Notes under the pieces: generated by a model
What the model was told of the DNA's origin: nothing
The model's input: only the letters and a program-made list of their open reading frames with translations
Database searches by the model: none
Shown: piece by piece, positions 1 through 10,165 of the stretch
Layout of the letters: the number at the start of each line of letters is the position of its first letter
Position numbering within the stretch: the stretch's first letter is position 1
Translations under genes and position numbers: made by a program
From: an uncultured Alphaproteobacteria bacterium
Lineage (GTDB): Bacteria > Pseudomonadota > Alphaproteobacteria > RF32 > CAG-239
DNA length: 64,000 nucleotides
Direction of reading: 5' to 3'
NCBI GenBank assembly: GCA_944391415.1
Contig: CALXTM010000001.1
Span: 64,548-128,547 of the forward strand

Positions 1-1407
1 ATCAATTCGGCGCAAACTTTCATCCCGACCCAAGACAACCGCAAGCTCGGTTGCCCCGCCGGGAGTGGTCTCTTTGCCCGAAAGCGCAATGCGCGCCGGA
101 TACAATACTTGTCCGTTCTTTAGGCCTTTTGCTTCGGCCAAAGATTTGAGTGCGGCAAACAGGGCATCATTATTCCACTCGGTTTGCTTGCTCAAGACCT
201 CTTTTATTGCCGGCAAAACAGCCTTGGCAACCTCAATATCGGTTTTCATCTTCTTGTTGACATAAAGCTCCGGCGCATAGCCCGGCAGCTCTTTGATAAA
301 GTCGGTTTGCTCACTAATCTGGCCAAAAGTCTCAACCCTTGGCTGCAAGACTAAAGCCAAAGCCTTTTTATCTACATTCTCAGGCATATCTGCCAAATAC
401 GGCTCAGCCAGATGATAAAACTCCTCGCTTGAGAGATTGCGGATATAAACACCGTTCATCCAAGTCAATTTTACGATATCAAAAATCGCCGGCGACTTGT
501 TGAGCCTTTCAACCGAGAATATCTTTTCTAAATCTTTAATCGAAAAAATTTCTTCCTCGGTACCAGGGTTCCACCCCAACAAAGCAATATAATTGATGAT
601 GGCTTCAGGTAAATAGCCCTTGGCCAACAAATCTTGGAACGAGGCATCGCCGTTGCGTTTAGATAGTTTGTGCTGGGCATCTTTCATCACCGGCGGCAAG
701 TGTACATAGACCGGACGAGGCCAGCCAAAAGTATCATACATCAGATTATACTTAGGGGTTGAGGGCAAATATTCGCTGCCCCTTACAACATGAGTTATGC
801 CCATCAAATGATCATCTATCACATTGGCAAAGTTATAGGTCGGGAAACCGTCGGTTTTTAGCAATACGCCCTCGTCCAACTCGTCATAGTCAATCTCTAT
901 CGTTCCATAAACCTTATCCTCATACTTGGACTTGCCGGTTTGGTTGATGGTTTGTCTTATAACATAGGGCTCGCCTGCGGCAACCCTGGCCTTGGCCTCG
1001 GCAAGAGGTATCTTCTTGCACGGGTCTTCAAACTTGCAAATTATCTCGTTGCCTTCCTCGTCAAACTCTTTTTCACGTTCGGCACAAAAACAATAGTGCG
1101 CGCCACCCAGTTCTACCAATTTGTGGGCATAGGGAGCATACAAATCTTTGCGCTCAGACTGTACATAAGGGCCAACCGGGCCGCCGATATCAGGCCCCTC
1201 GTCCCAGTTGATGCCAACCATTTTGAGCGTGTTATAAATAATATCGGTGGCACCCTCAACATAGCGTTTTTGGTCGGTATCTTCAATGCGCAACAAAAAA
1301 TCGCCGCCTTGAGCTTTGGCTATCAAATATTCATAAAGTGCCGTACGCAGGTTGCCTATGTGCATATAGCCTGTCGGACTTGGGGCAAAACGAGTTCTTA
1401 CTTTCAT
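1..1407 (-). CDS. gltX: glutamate--tRNA ligase (GluRS), C-terminus cut by window edge
   Basis: Missing from the ORF track because the frame runs off the window. My reverse translation from the ATG at 1407-1405 gives MKVRTRFAPSPTGYMHIGNLRTALYEYLIAKAQGGDFLLRIEDTD..., with a class-I HIGN motif and a later HKLSKRNGDAS (KMSKS-type) loop. The + strand ORFs 759..947, 940..1425 and 1338..1637 are antisense shadows. Confidence 0.9.
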   Translation of the reverse strand, partial: MKVRTRFAPSPTGYMHIGNLRTALYEYLIAKAQGGDFLLRIEDTDQKRYVEGATDIIYNTLKMVGINWDEGPDIGGPVGPYVQSERKDLYAPYAHKLVELGGAHYCFCAEREKEFDEEGNEIICKFEDPCKKIPLAEAKARVAAGEPYVIRQTINQTGKSKYEDKVYGTIEIDYDELDEGVLLKTDGFPTYNFANVIDDHLMGITHVVRGSEYLPSTPKYNLMYDTFGWPRPVYVHLPPVMKDAQHKLSKRNGDASFQDLLAKGYLPEAIINYIALLGWNPGTEEEIFSIKDLEKIFSVERLNKSPAIFDIVKLTWMNGVYIRNLSSEEFYHLAEPYLADMPENVDKKALALVLQPRVETFGQISEQTDFIKELPGYAPELYVNKKMKTDIEVAKAVLPAIKEVLSKQTEWNNDALFAALKSLAEAKGLKNGQVLYPARIALSGKETTPGGATELAVVLGRDESLRRID

Positions 1408-1429
1408 CTTTTTTGTTCCTTTTAATTGT

Positions 1430-3088
1430 CTATCTCATCAATTTAACCGCCGCTGCTCTGGCCTCGTCGGTAATAACCTCGCCGGCTAACATGCGGGCAA
1501 TTTCTTCCTTGCGCTCAGGCGCAGATAATTTTTTGACCGTGGTGGTGGTTATATCATTTTCGTTATGTTTTTCAACCTTAAAATGCGAACTGCCAAGAGC
1601 AGCCACCTGTGGAGCATGGGTTACCACCAACACCTGAACCTCTTGCCCTAACCGCGCCAATCTCTCGCCAACGGCCTGCGCCACCGCCCCGCCGATACCG
1701 GCATCAACCTCATCAAAAATCATGGTTGGGATATTGACACTTTGCGCCAAATTAACCTTTAAGGCCAGCATAAACCTTGCCAATTCACCGCCTGAGGCAA
1801 TTTTGTTTAGTGGTCCTTGCGGTGAGTTAGGGTTGGTCGCAACACTGAAATATACCTCGTCAAAACCAGTTTTTGACCAGCCGCTTTCGCCTTTTTGCTC
1901 AACAATGGTGACAAATTTGGCTTTGTCCATTTTAAGCGGCGGAAGCTCCGCCATAACTTGTTTGTCTAATTTTTGCGCCGCGGCGACCCTGGCCTGGTGC
2001 AGTCCATTGGCTGCCGCAATATATGATAATTTCTCAGTTTGTTCTTGTTGACGCAAATAATTTAGCCCATCTTCGCCCATCTCAATTGAAGCAAGCTCTT
2101 GCCTGAAATCATCCAACTTATGGCTTAAATCATCAACCGCCACACCATGCTTGCGGGCCAAATCTTTGAGCGCAAAAATGCGACTGTCTATACTTTCTTG
2201 TTCGGAGGAATTGAGCGAGATATCTGATGAGGCGCTCTCTATTGCCTCTAAAGTATCGCCTACCTCAATCAAAGCCCGATCAAGTGAAGCATAAATATCG
2301 TCATATTTGCCGGCGACATAAGAATTGGCCTTGTCAATGCCTGCCTGAGCAGAACGCAAAGCTGAAGCAACATCTTTGCCATTGGTTAACGCCGAATATG
2401 CATAGTTCAGGTTATCAATAATTTTTTCTGCGTGCATTAGCTCTTGACGGCGAGCCAAAAGAGAATCTATCTCGCCTGGTTGAGGAGATATCTGCTCTAA
2501 CTCCTTAATCCAATGGCGAAGATTGTCCTCGTCCTCTTTGGCTTTGGCAATATTTTGCTCCGCCTCGCGCCGCTTTTGAGAGGCCAAACAATATGCATCC
2601 CAGCTGGCAGATGTTTGCTTTAGTAAATTGTCATAGCCGCCAAAACCATCCAAAACTCCCATATGATTGGCCGGATTTAGCAGACCTTGATTATCAAATT
2701 GACCATGAATTTCAACCAAAAACTTGCCAATATCTTTTAAGAGTTTAGCTGTTATGGGTTGATCATTGATAAATATTTTGCCAACGCCTGAGGTCGACAA
2801 CGACCGTTTTATCATTATCTCATCACCGGCATCAAGGTCGTTTTGAGCTAACAGCGCTGAAAATTCTGCAGTCTTGGGATTGTCAAAAATTGCCGTGACC
2901 GATAACTTGTCTGCCCCTTGGCGGATCAGCGAAACCTCGGCTCTTTTGCCCAAAACAAGGCCCAAAGAATCTAACAAAATAGATTTGCCGGCGCCGGTTT
3001 CACCGGTTAATACTCCAAATCCAGGCTCAAAATCGATATCAAGCTTGTCTATTAAAACAACATTACGGATGTTGAGCGAACGCAACAT
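1430..3088 (-). CDS. recN: DNA repair protein RecN
   Basis: 552 aa. SMC-like layout: Walker A GETGAGKS at the N-terminus, a long coiled-coil middle, and C-terminal ASGGELARFMLALK signature plus MIFDEVDAGIGG Walker B. Confidence 0.9.
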   Translation of the reverse strand: MLRSLNIRNVVLIDKLDIDFEPGFGVLTGETGAGKSILLDSLGLVLGKRAEVSLIRQGADKLSVTAIFDNPKTAEFSALLAQNDLDAGDEIMIKRSLSTSGVGKIFINDQPITAKLLKDIGKFLVEIHGQFDNQGLLNPANHMGVLDGFGGYDNLLKQTSASWDAYCLASQKRREAEQNIAKAKEDEDNLRHWIKELEQISPQPGEIDSLLARRQELMHAEKIIDNLNYAYSALTNGKDVASALRSAQAGIDKANSYVAGKYDDIYASLDRALIEVGDTLEAIESASSDISLNSSEQESIDSRIFALKDLARKHGVAVDDLSHKLDDFRQELASIEMGEDGLNYLRQQEQTEKLSYIAAANGLHQARVAAAQKLDKQVMAELPPLKMDKAKFVTIVEQKGESGWSKTGFDEVYFSVATNPNSPQGPLNKIASGGELARFMLALKVNLAQSVNIPTMIFDEVDAGIGGAVAQAVGERLARLGQEVQVLVVTHAPQVAALGSSHFKVEKHNENDITTTTVKKLSAPERKEEIARMLAGEVITDEARAAAVKLMR

Positions 3089-3098
3089 GGATCAGACT

Positions 3099-3824
3099 TT
3101 AGCTCCTTAATTTGAGAGCCATTTGGCACCATTTGCTGTCAGGATAGTTATGCCCTAATACTTTGAGGGTGTCAGAGGCTTCATCATTCAGACCCAAAAT
3201 GGTATAAATTTCAACCAACCGATACAAAGCCTCTTCTATTTGCGGAGTGGTCTGATAATTATTGACCACGGCCGAAAACCGATTGAGGGCGGAAAGATAG
3301 TTTTTTTGGCTCAAATAAAAACGACCTATCTCCATCTCCTGACCGGCTAAATGATCCTCTATCAATACTAATTTCTGCTTGGCATCGACAGCATATTTGC
3401 TATTGGGAAAACGTACAATAACCTGATTAAATGCCTCTTTGGCTTTGGTCGTTATTTCTTGATCTTTTTCGGAGCCGACTATTTGATCATAGTAGCACAA
3501 GCCTTTCATGTAATAAGCATAGGCAATATCTTTGTTGCCGGGATGATAACGGATAAATCTGTCCAGACTTAGAATCGCATCGTCATATTTTTCATCCTTA
3601 TAATAGGCATAGGCCCCCATCAGTTTGGCTTTGGTGGCCCATTGCGAATAAGGATGTTCCAACTCGACCTTTTCAAAAGAAGCAGCAGCCCTAGACCATG
3701 CCGTGCGTTCAAGCTCATCATAGCCTTTATTATAAAGCTCCTCGGCTGACATGTTTGACATATCAGGCGTCGAGGTGGCGCAAGCGGCTAGTAAAAATAA
3801 AAAACCTAATGCTGTTTTTTTCAT
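3099..3824 (-). CDS. bamD: outer membrane protein assembly factor BamD (ComL/YfiO-like TPR lipoprotein)
   Basis: 241 aa. Signal peptide with lipobox LLAAC, a TPR-like repeat body, and the typical position between lpxC and recN. Confidence 0.8.
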   Translation of the reverse strand: MKKTALGFLFLLAACATSTPDMSNMSAEELYNKGYDELERTAWSRAAASFEKVELEHPYSQWATKAKLMGAYAYYKDEKYDDAILSLDRFIRYHPGNKDIAYAYYMKGLCYYDQIVGSEKDQEITTKAKEAFNQVIVRFPNSKYAVDAKQKLVLIEDHLAGQEMEIGRFYLSQKNYLSALNRFSAVVNNYQTTPQIEEALYRLVEIYTILGLNDEASDTLKVLGHNYPDSKWCQMALKLRS

Positions 3825-3835
3825 GTTTGTGATCC

Positions 3836-4690
3836 TTAAAATGATATAATTTCATATTGTGTATTATTGGCAAACAACGCTTTTAGAAGCTGATTGTTGT
3901 GATAGTGCCCGGTTTTCTCGGCAGTTAGCTTGCCAAGAATAGGAAAACCTGAGGTATACATATCGCCGATGGCATCCAAAACCTTGTGATTGACACATTC
4001 GTTTGAGACCTTGAAGCCACCTTCGTTTAATATCTTGTCGCCGTCCAGAACAACGGCATTATCCAAACTGCCGCCCTTGATTAGCCCGATTGAGCGCAAA
4101 TATTCAATTTGACATTTTTCACAAAAAGTGCGGCAAGGAGCAATCTCTTTGGTAAAAATATCTTTGTTTATCGGGGCAGAAAATTCTTGATGTCCAACAA
4201 CCGGCGATGGAAAATCAATGGTAAAGTGAATGGCAAAGATATCTGACGGTTCGAGCAAAACATAATTGCCTTTATCATCTTTGAATTCTACTTTTGTCAA
4301 AACTTTAAGGTATTTGCGAGGAGCTGATTGCTCCAAAACTCCAACCTCTTGCAATTTTTGTAAGAATAAAGCAGCAGAGCCATCCATAATCGGCATTTCG
4401 GGGGATGAGACCTCAACCAAAACATTATCAACTTCCATAATCGATAAGGCGGCCATCAGATGCTCAATAGTTGAAATAATATTGCCTGACTTATCACCCA
4501 AACAAGTGCAGTTTCTGGTATCAACAACATTGGAATACAGAGCTTTGATTGGTTTAGCACCAGCGATATCACTTCTGATAAAATTAATACCACTGTTTAT
4601 CTCTGCCGGTTTTAGCCTCAGAGTTGTTTCAACGCCTGAGTGCAAACCGACACCTTTTAAGCTTATTGCTTGGGCAATGGTCTTTTGCAT
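3836..4690 (-). CDS. lpxC: UDP-3-O-acyl-N-acetylglucosamine deacetylase
   Basis: 284 aa. Contains GVGLHSG, TIEHLMAAL and the HKVLDAIGD zinc/active-site motif characteristic of LpxC. Confidence 0.9.
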   Translation of the reverse strand: MQKTIAQAISLKGVGLHSGVETTLRLKPAEINSGINFIRSDIAGAKPIKALYSNVVDTRNCTCLGDKSGNIISTIEHLMAALSIMEVDNVLVEVSSPEMPIMDGSAALFLQKLQEVGVLEQSAPRKYLKVLTKVEFKDDKGNYVLLEPSDIFAIHFTIDFPSPVVGHQEFSAPINKDIFTKEIAPCRTFCEKCQIEYLRSIGLIKGGSLDNAVVLDGDKILNEGGFKVSNECVNHKVLDAIGDMYTSGFPILGKLTAEKTGHYHNNQLLKALFANNTQYEIISF

Positions 4691-4717
4691 AAAAATCTCC
4701 CTTTTGTATCAAAAGCA

Positions 4718-5122
4718 AATAAGACAGCCTATAAGCCGGGTTCTGTAATTTGAGCAAGCTCAAACCGACAGCCATTCATCTTGGCTTGATATTGCTATCG
4801 AAGCTCAATGCGACCCACCTCTGGAGTAAGGGGAGAACGCCTTATGTCATCCGGTTTGTATCTTAAAAAAAATACACCTTGATGCCCCTAACTTGGTCTT
4901 GCATCAGGCAGGGTTTACCTTGACCGATGATGTTGCCACCACCGCGGTGAGCTCTTACCTCGCCTTTTCAACCTTACCTGCCGTTTAGACGGGCGGTTAT
5001 TTTCTGTGGCACTTTCCCTTGGGTTGCCCCAGCCGGACGTTATCCGGTGCCTTGTTCCCCTGATGCCCGGACTTTCCTCACCATGGTCAAAGCCATGGCG
5101 CGGCTGTCCGGCCGTCTTATTT
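4718..5122 (-). ncRNA. rnpB: RNase P RNA (bacterial type A)
   Basis: The minus strand reads ...GAGGAAAGTCCGGGC... (reverse complement of 5066-5080) and ...ACAGAACCCGGCTTAT... (reverse complement of 4731-4746), the two conserved P4 strands. The terminal P1 pairing is AATAAGAC/GTCTTATT. About 405 nt in a non-coding gap. Ends are approximate. Confidence 0.9.
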
Positions 5123-5185
5123 ACTCTGATTTTAGAGCATAATCAAAACAAGTGTTGATTGCAAGAATTATTAAACCTTTGTTAC

Positions 5186-5218
5186 ACAAAAAAACCGTTG
5201 GTTTTTAACCAACGGTTC
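5186..5218 (-). terminator. rho-independent terminator after the 342-aa ORF
   Basis: Hairpin AACCGTTGGTT/AACCAACGGTT (5194-5217) followed on the minus strand by a T-run. Confidence 0.7.
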
Positions 5219-5236
5219 TAACTCATCTCTATGAGA

Positions 5237-6265
5237 TTAAATCTCGCAAATGCCAAGAGGTATTTCCTCAAACACCATGTTCTCGCATAAAGGCAAAAAC
5301 TCTTGAGCAAAATTGGCATCATTGCGACAACGCGCCAGGACATCAGAGGCCTCTTTTTGCGATACCGGAATCTCCGGCAAAAAGCGCCTTAGCTTTTTGT
5401 GGGAGCCAATGGCGGTGTCATCGCCGGCAAAAACAGCATAGTTACAGCCGTAGACATTGTTTTCATTGGTGATGTTTATCATTGCCTTGGCCAAAAACTC
5501 AAATGACCCATCAAGCGGACCAAAGATGTTTTCCTCCGTCATGGTCCATTGCTGAACTATCTTCTTTGGACGATAAACCGGGATACCGTTTATCTCTCCG
5601 TCAGGGGTATAGTTTTTGAGCAGCTTTTCGCGTTTTTGTTTGTAGCATTCGCCATGATAGGCATTTTGCACCATAACTTCACCCTCTTGCAAGATGTCCT
5701 CATGTTCATTGCCCCCGCCAAGGATCGATTTAACCTTGGTCCCGACGACATCAGAGAGCAAATATACCGGCTCGACCTTTTCTGCCTCGACATAGCCAAA
5801 CAATGCTTTGCAGACCAGACCATAAGTCTTAAAATCTACAAAATTATAAGGCACTCCGAACTCATTATAGAGCATCCTCGGCATCTGGCATGGCTTGCCT
5901 TGGGAAGAAAAAGCCTCTATCCCGCCGCCGGAATACTGACGATTGACAATATAGCCGCAACCGACCTCAAACGCCTTGGCGGCATTGATTTCCTCATCAT
6001 CTTCACGGGTCAGGATAAAATAATTTTTTCTTCCGTCGGAGAAAACCGAATTGGGAACCAACAGCGGGTTTGCAACCACTTGTCCGTCAACCACCGAAAC
6101 GGTAGCCTGAATATTGCCGGGACCAAGCCGTAAATGCAGCAAAAAATTTCCTTTGGAGGAAACTGTATTACCTTGCACCCGGCGAAAAATTTTTCCGTCA
6201 GAACTCTCAAACATTTGTCCTACAGGCAAACCTGCAAGGGGCAATCTCTCAATTGTGTAGTTCAT
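5237..6265 (-). CDS. hypothetical protein (no recognisable motif)
   Basis: 342-aa ORF with its own terminator. Codon composition resembles its neighbours. I cannot assign a family from the sequence. Confidence 0.6.
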   Translation of the reverse strand: MNYTIERLPLAGLPVGQMFESSDGKIFRRVQGNTVSSKGNFLLHLRLGPGNIQATVSVVDGQVVANPLLVPNSVFSDGRKNYFILTREDDEEINAAKAFEVGCGYIVNRQYSGGGIEAFSSQGKPCQMPRMLYNEFGVPYNFVDFKTYGLVCKALFGYVEAEKVEPVYLLSDVVGTKVKSILGGGNEHEDILQEGEVMVQNAYHGECYKQKREKLLKNYTPDGEINGIPVYRPKKIVQQWTMTEENIFGPLDGSFEFLAKAMINITNENNVYGCNYAVFAGDDTAIGSHKKLRRFLPEIPVSQKEASDVLARCRNDANFAQEFLPLCENMVFEEIPLGICEI

Positions 6266-6530
6266 TTTTTATTTAATTTGGAGCAAAAACAAAAAACACC
6301 ATACCAGCTCCTGTCGTATGCGTGTCATATAATAATATTAAATAAATTCTTACAAAATCAGCGGGCAATTTAGCACATCTTGACAGTCTTGGCAAGATAT
6401 AAACAGCAAGTAAAAAAAATAATAAAAATTTTTTATATTTTTTTGCCTTATTGCAAACCCTTATATTACTTATGGCTGCCATACTACACACAAGAACATT
6501 ACATGAACAGTTAATAAAATACTAAAATTT

Positions 6531-6570
6531 TCCATTGATTCCCATAAAATCCCATGATATACCATAAACA
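6531..6570 (+). promoter_or_regulatory. candidate MraZ operator: four direct repeats with 10-nt period
   Basis: tCCATtgatt CCCATaaaat CCCATgatat ACCATaaaca. The pentamer (reverse complement ATGGG) recurs every 10 nt immediately upstream of mraZ. Confidence 0.5.
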
Positions 6571-6597
6571 TATGGTCAAGGATTGAGGATTGTAAAA

Positions 6598-7065
6598 TTG
6601 CGTAAAACCTTTTTATTTATGGACACGGTGGTCAATAAAGTAGACGCAAAGGGCAGAGTCTCTTTGCCGGCTGACTATCGAATGATTGCCAAAGACGCAA
6701 ATTCCGAAATAGTTTGTTATCGCAGTTTGACCTCGCCTTGTATTGAAGGTTGTCTTGAGGATTTGCTCGAAAAACTGGCAGCCGAAATGGAAAACTCTTT
6801 GGACTTTTTCTCTGAGACGCAAGATGATTTGAGCAACTTGGTATTTGGTGATGCCAAGCGTTATCCTTTCGATTCGACCGGACGAATTATGCTGGCTGAA
6901 AAATTGCTTAAGCACGCCCAAATAACCGATAAAGCCGTATTTGTCGGCAAAGGTCGCAAATTTCAGATTTGGAACCCCGAAAATTGGGCCAAAGAAGAAG
7001 CGCGTATTCGCACACAAGCATTGAAATGCCGCCCATCTATCAGACAACAGGAGGGTGCAAAATAA
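6598..7065 (+). CDS. mraZ: transcriptional regulator MraZ
   Basis: NKVDAKGRVSLP and a second GRIMLAEKLL half-domain (duplicated SpoVT/AbrB-like fold). The start is uncertain: TTG 6598 has a GAGGA 7 nt upstream; the alternatives are TTG 6583 (ORF track) and ATG 6619. Confidence 0.85.
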   Translation: MRKTFLFMDTVVNKVDAKGRVSLPADYRMIAKDANSEIVCYRSLTSPCIEGCLEDLLEKLAAEMENSLDFFSETQDDLSNLVFGDAKRYPFDSTGRIMLAEKLLKHAQITDKAVFVGKGRKFQIWNPENWAKEEARIRTQALKCRPSIRQQEGAK

Positions 7066-7988
7066 TGCCTACCGATTATAAAAAGCATTTTCCGGTGATG
7101 TTAAAGGAAGTTTTGGAGGCTCTTAACCCAGAAGATAACAAGCTTTATGTCGACGCCACATTCGGCAACGGGGGATATTCGGAGGCAATTTTGCAAAAAG
7201 CGGACTGCAAAGTTATTGCCCTTGACCGTGATAACACCGTTATTCCCAGAGCAGAGGAGCTAAAAAAACAATATGGCAACCGTTTTGAATTTCGTTTGGG
7301 AGAGTTTGGCAATTTTGCTACTTTAATAAATGAGGATATTGACGGCGCGGTATTTGATATTGGTGTATCATCAATGCAACTAGACGAGGCTGAGAGAGGA
7401 TTCTCTTTTGCTAAAGAAGCCAGACTTGATATGCGGATGTCAAACTCGGGTACCACTGCTGCAGATTTGGTTAACAACCTGCCAGAAAATGAATTGGCCG
7501 ATATTTTGTTTAATTACGGCGAGGAGAAAAAATCGCGTCAAATTGCCAAAAAAATTGTGGAAGCCAGAACACAAAAGCCAATTGAAACGACAACCGAACT
7601 GGCAAATATTATTTATCAGGTTATCAAACGCTCGTTCAACCAAGCGATTGACCCTGCCACTCGAAGCTTTCAAGCTCTGCGCATTGCCGTAAACGATGAA
7701 CTTGAAGAGCTTAAAAAAGGTTTGATGCAATCGGCCTTACGCCTTAAATCAGGCGGAAGGCTGGTCGTGGTTGATTTCCACTCACTGGAAGACCGCATCG
7801 TCAAAACTTTTTTCAAGAACAACACCGACAAGGCAATGCATGTTTCCAAGTATTGCCATGCCGACAAGACTTTAACCTCCGACGCAATGTTTGGTTTTGC
7901 CTCAAAAGTGATTGTGCCGCAAGCTCAAGAATTAGAGCTTAACAGTCGCTCGCGCTCAGCCAAACTGCGTTACGCCATTAAGAAATAA
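7065..7988 (+). CDS. rsmH: 16S rRNA (cytosine1402-N4)-methyltransferase
   Basis: HFPVMLKEVLEAL, DATFGNGGYSE and FDIGVSSMQLDEAERGFSF motifs. The ATG overlaps the mraZ stop (TAATG). The upstream extension in the ORF track is out of context. Confidence 0.9.
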   Translation: MPTDYKKHFPVMLKEVLEALNPEDNKLYVDATFGNGGYSEAILQKADCKVIALDRDNTVIPRAEELKKQYGNRFEFRLGEFGNFATLINEDIDGAVFDIGVSSMQLDEAERGFSFAKEARLDMRMSNSGTTAADLVNNLPENELADILFNYGEEKKSRQIAKKIVEARTQKPIETTTELANIIYQVIKRSFNQAIDPATRSFQALRIAVNDELEELKKGLMQSALRLKSGGRLVVVDFHSLEDRIVKTFFKNNTDKAMHVSKYCHADKTLTSDAMFGFASKVIVPQAQELELNSRSRSAKLRYAIKK

Positions 7989-8012
7989 ACTTGTCCAGAA
8001 GGAGTTTATAAA

Positions 8013-8399
8013 ATGTTAAATGCCAACCGTATAACCCAAATTGCTTTGAGTTTAGTTTTAATCGTCTTTACCGTGACTGCCTCAAACTATATGAAAAACT
8101 CGGTATATCGTTTGGATGATGAGTTAAAAGAAATCAACCAAACAATTCAAACAGATATCGAAACCATTCATATCCTTAATGCCGAATGGTCAAAACTTAA
8201 TAATCCGGCACGCTTGAGAGCTTTGGTAGCTGATCATATTGCACTTAATCCGATAAAAGCTGAACAAATTATTAACTATTCTGCGTTACCATTTAATCAT
8301 GAAACAGGCGAATCGCGAAAAGAAATAGCTCGCAAAAAAATCGCCACCTATGCAAAAAACAACAGAGAGATGAAAAAACTGGCAAACGCCGGACGATAA
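8013..8399 (+). CDS. ftsL: cell division protein FtsL-like (single-TM)
   Basis: 128 aa with an N-terminal TM helix then a coiled-coil-like region, in the canonical position between rsmH and ftsI. Confidence 0.6.
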   Translation: MLNANRITQIALSLVLIVFTVTASNYMKNSVYRLDDELKEINQTIQTDIETIHILNAEWSKLNNPARLRALVADHIALNPIKAEQIINYSALPFNHETGESRKEIARKKIATYAKNNREMKKLANAGR

Positions 8400-8422
8400 C
8401 AAAAAAGTAACGCAGGACGCAA

Positions 8423-10165
8423 ATGAGCAAGAAGCTTTTGGCAAAAAACAAAAATGCAAATTTCTATCTTCCCGGGGAGGAAATAAATATAAGACGGGAA
8501 GATATGTTTGTAAATTGGGATGATGCATCAAAGGGATATGCAGGTAAAGGGCGAATTTGGGTGACCGCTTTTTGTGCCGCTTTTGCATATCTTATGGTGG
8601 CCTTTAGATTGCTTGATACCTGTATCTTACCAAATCTTAATGACGATATTGCCGAGCGTAAATACACAACCAGCGAAAAAATTCATCGGGCCGATATTGT
8701 TGACCGAAACGGCGCCATTGTTGCCACATCTTTGCCTACCAAAGACTTGGATGCCAATGCCAAAAATATTTTGAGCCCCAGAGAAACATCCTTAAAACTT
8801 GTTGAAATATTTCCCGATCTTGATTTTGAAACCGTATATCAGAAACTAAAACGGCGGCGCGGAACTTTTACCATTAAGCGCAATTTGTCGCCTCATCAAC
8901 AGTCTTTGATTATGGCTTTGGGCAACCCTGGACTTGAGTTTAGATCTAACGAAAAAAGAGTATATCCTCACAAAAATTTGTTGGCACATATTGTTGGCAT
9001 GACCGATATCGATAATAACGGAATATCCGGTCTGGAAAAGGGGCTGGATGAAAGAATTATCAACTCCGAAATTCCGGTCAAACTATCAATCGAAATCGGA
9101 ATACAAGATACCATAAGGTCTATTTTGTTAAAAAACAAAGATAAATTCCATGCCATAACCGCTACGGCTATTTTATTGGACGTTAATTCGGGAGAAATTG
9201 TTGCAATGGTTTCTTTGCCTGATTTTGATCCCAATAATGTATCTAAAAAAGATGAAAAGGCTTTGTTGAATACCGCAACAGCAAGAGTTTATGAACCGGG
9301 ATCAGTATTAAAAGTTTTTAATACCGCGATGTCACTTGAAAGCGGAAAAGTACAGTTGAGTGAAAAATTTGATGCTACCGAACCATTAAAGCTTAAATAT
9401 AACACCATATATGACTATAAAGGCGAAAATCGCTGGTTGTCGGTGGAAGAAATCTTGGTACATTCGTCCAATATAGGTTCGGCTCGTATGGCTTTGCAGG
9501 CCGGGTTTAACGAACAATACAATTTCTTGAAAAAAATTAAATTTTTGGATCGTTTGGAAACAGAATTGGTTGAAACCGCAAAACCCTTGGTGCCTTCGGT
9601 TGATAGATGGAAAATATCCGATTCAACCATTGCCACCATAGGTTATGGGTATGGAATTTCCATATCTCCGTTGCATATCGTTTCGGCCTATGCGGCAATG
9701 ATAAACGGCGGAATATATCACAACCCGACTCTACTACATAAAGACAAACCGCAAGACGGAACTCGCATTATCTCCGATAATACATCAAAACAAATGCGCA
9801 AACTGATGCGGGCCGTGGTTACAAAAGGATCAGGCAAACGTGCAAATGTCTTAGGTTATGAAGTCGGTGGCAAAACCGGAACCGCAAATAAGTTGGACAC
9901 CGACGGGACATATACCAGAAAAAGAGTTCGTACGACATTTTTGGCCGCATTTCCTATTTCAAACCCCAAATACGCCCTATTGGTGATGTTTGATGAACCA
10001 AAAGCAACTGAAGAAACGCAAGGTTATACAACATCGGGCTGGAATGCCGTACCGACAGGGTCGGAAATTATTACCGCCATTGCCCCGCAACTTAATATTC
10101 CGGCCAATTATGATTTGGAAGAAAAACGCAATAATAAAATTATTGAGGCGACATTCGGTCGATAA
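8423..10165 (+). CDS. ftsI: peptidoglycan D,D-transpeptidase FtsI (PBP3)
   Basis: 580 aa with an N-terminal TM. Class B PBP motifs SVLK (SxxK), SSN (SxN) and KTGTA (KTG). Confidence 0.9.
   Translation: MSKKLLAKNKNANFYLPGEEINIRREDMFVNWDDASKGYAGKGRIWVTAFCAAFAYLMVAFRLLDTCILPNLNDDIAERKYTTSEKIHRADIVDRNGAIVATSLPTKDLDANAKNILSPRETSLKLVEIFPDLDFETVYQKLKRRRGTFTIKRNLSPHQQSLIMALGNPGLEFRSNEKRVYPHKNLLAHIVGMTDIDNNGISGLEKGLDERIINSEIPVKLSIEIGIQDTIRSILLKNKDKFHAITATAILLDVNSGEIVAMVSLPDFDPNNVSKKDEKALLNTATARVYEPGSVLKVFNTAMSLESGKVQLSEKFDATEPLKLKYNTIYDYKGENRWLSVEEILVHSSNIGSARMALQAGFNEQYNFLKKIKFLDRLETELVETAKPLVPSVDRWKISDSTIATIGYGYGISISPLHIVSAYAAMINGGIYHNPTLLHKDKPQDGTRIISDNTSKQMRKLMRAVVTKGSGKRANVLGYEVGGKTGTANKLDTDGTYTRKRVRTTFLAAFPISNPKYALLVMFDEPKATEETQGYTTSGWNAVPTGSEIITAIAPQLNIPANYDLEEKRNNKIIEATFGR

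Noticed and set aside
6273-6491. 72-aa minus-strand ORF in the mraZ upstream spacer
   Set aside because: It lies in AT-rich low-complexity sequence, has no RBS, and overlaps the likely divergent promoter region. It is probably non-coding.
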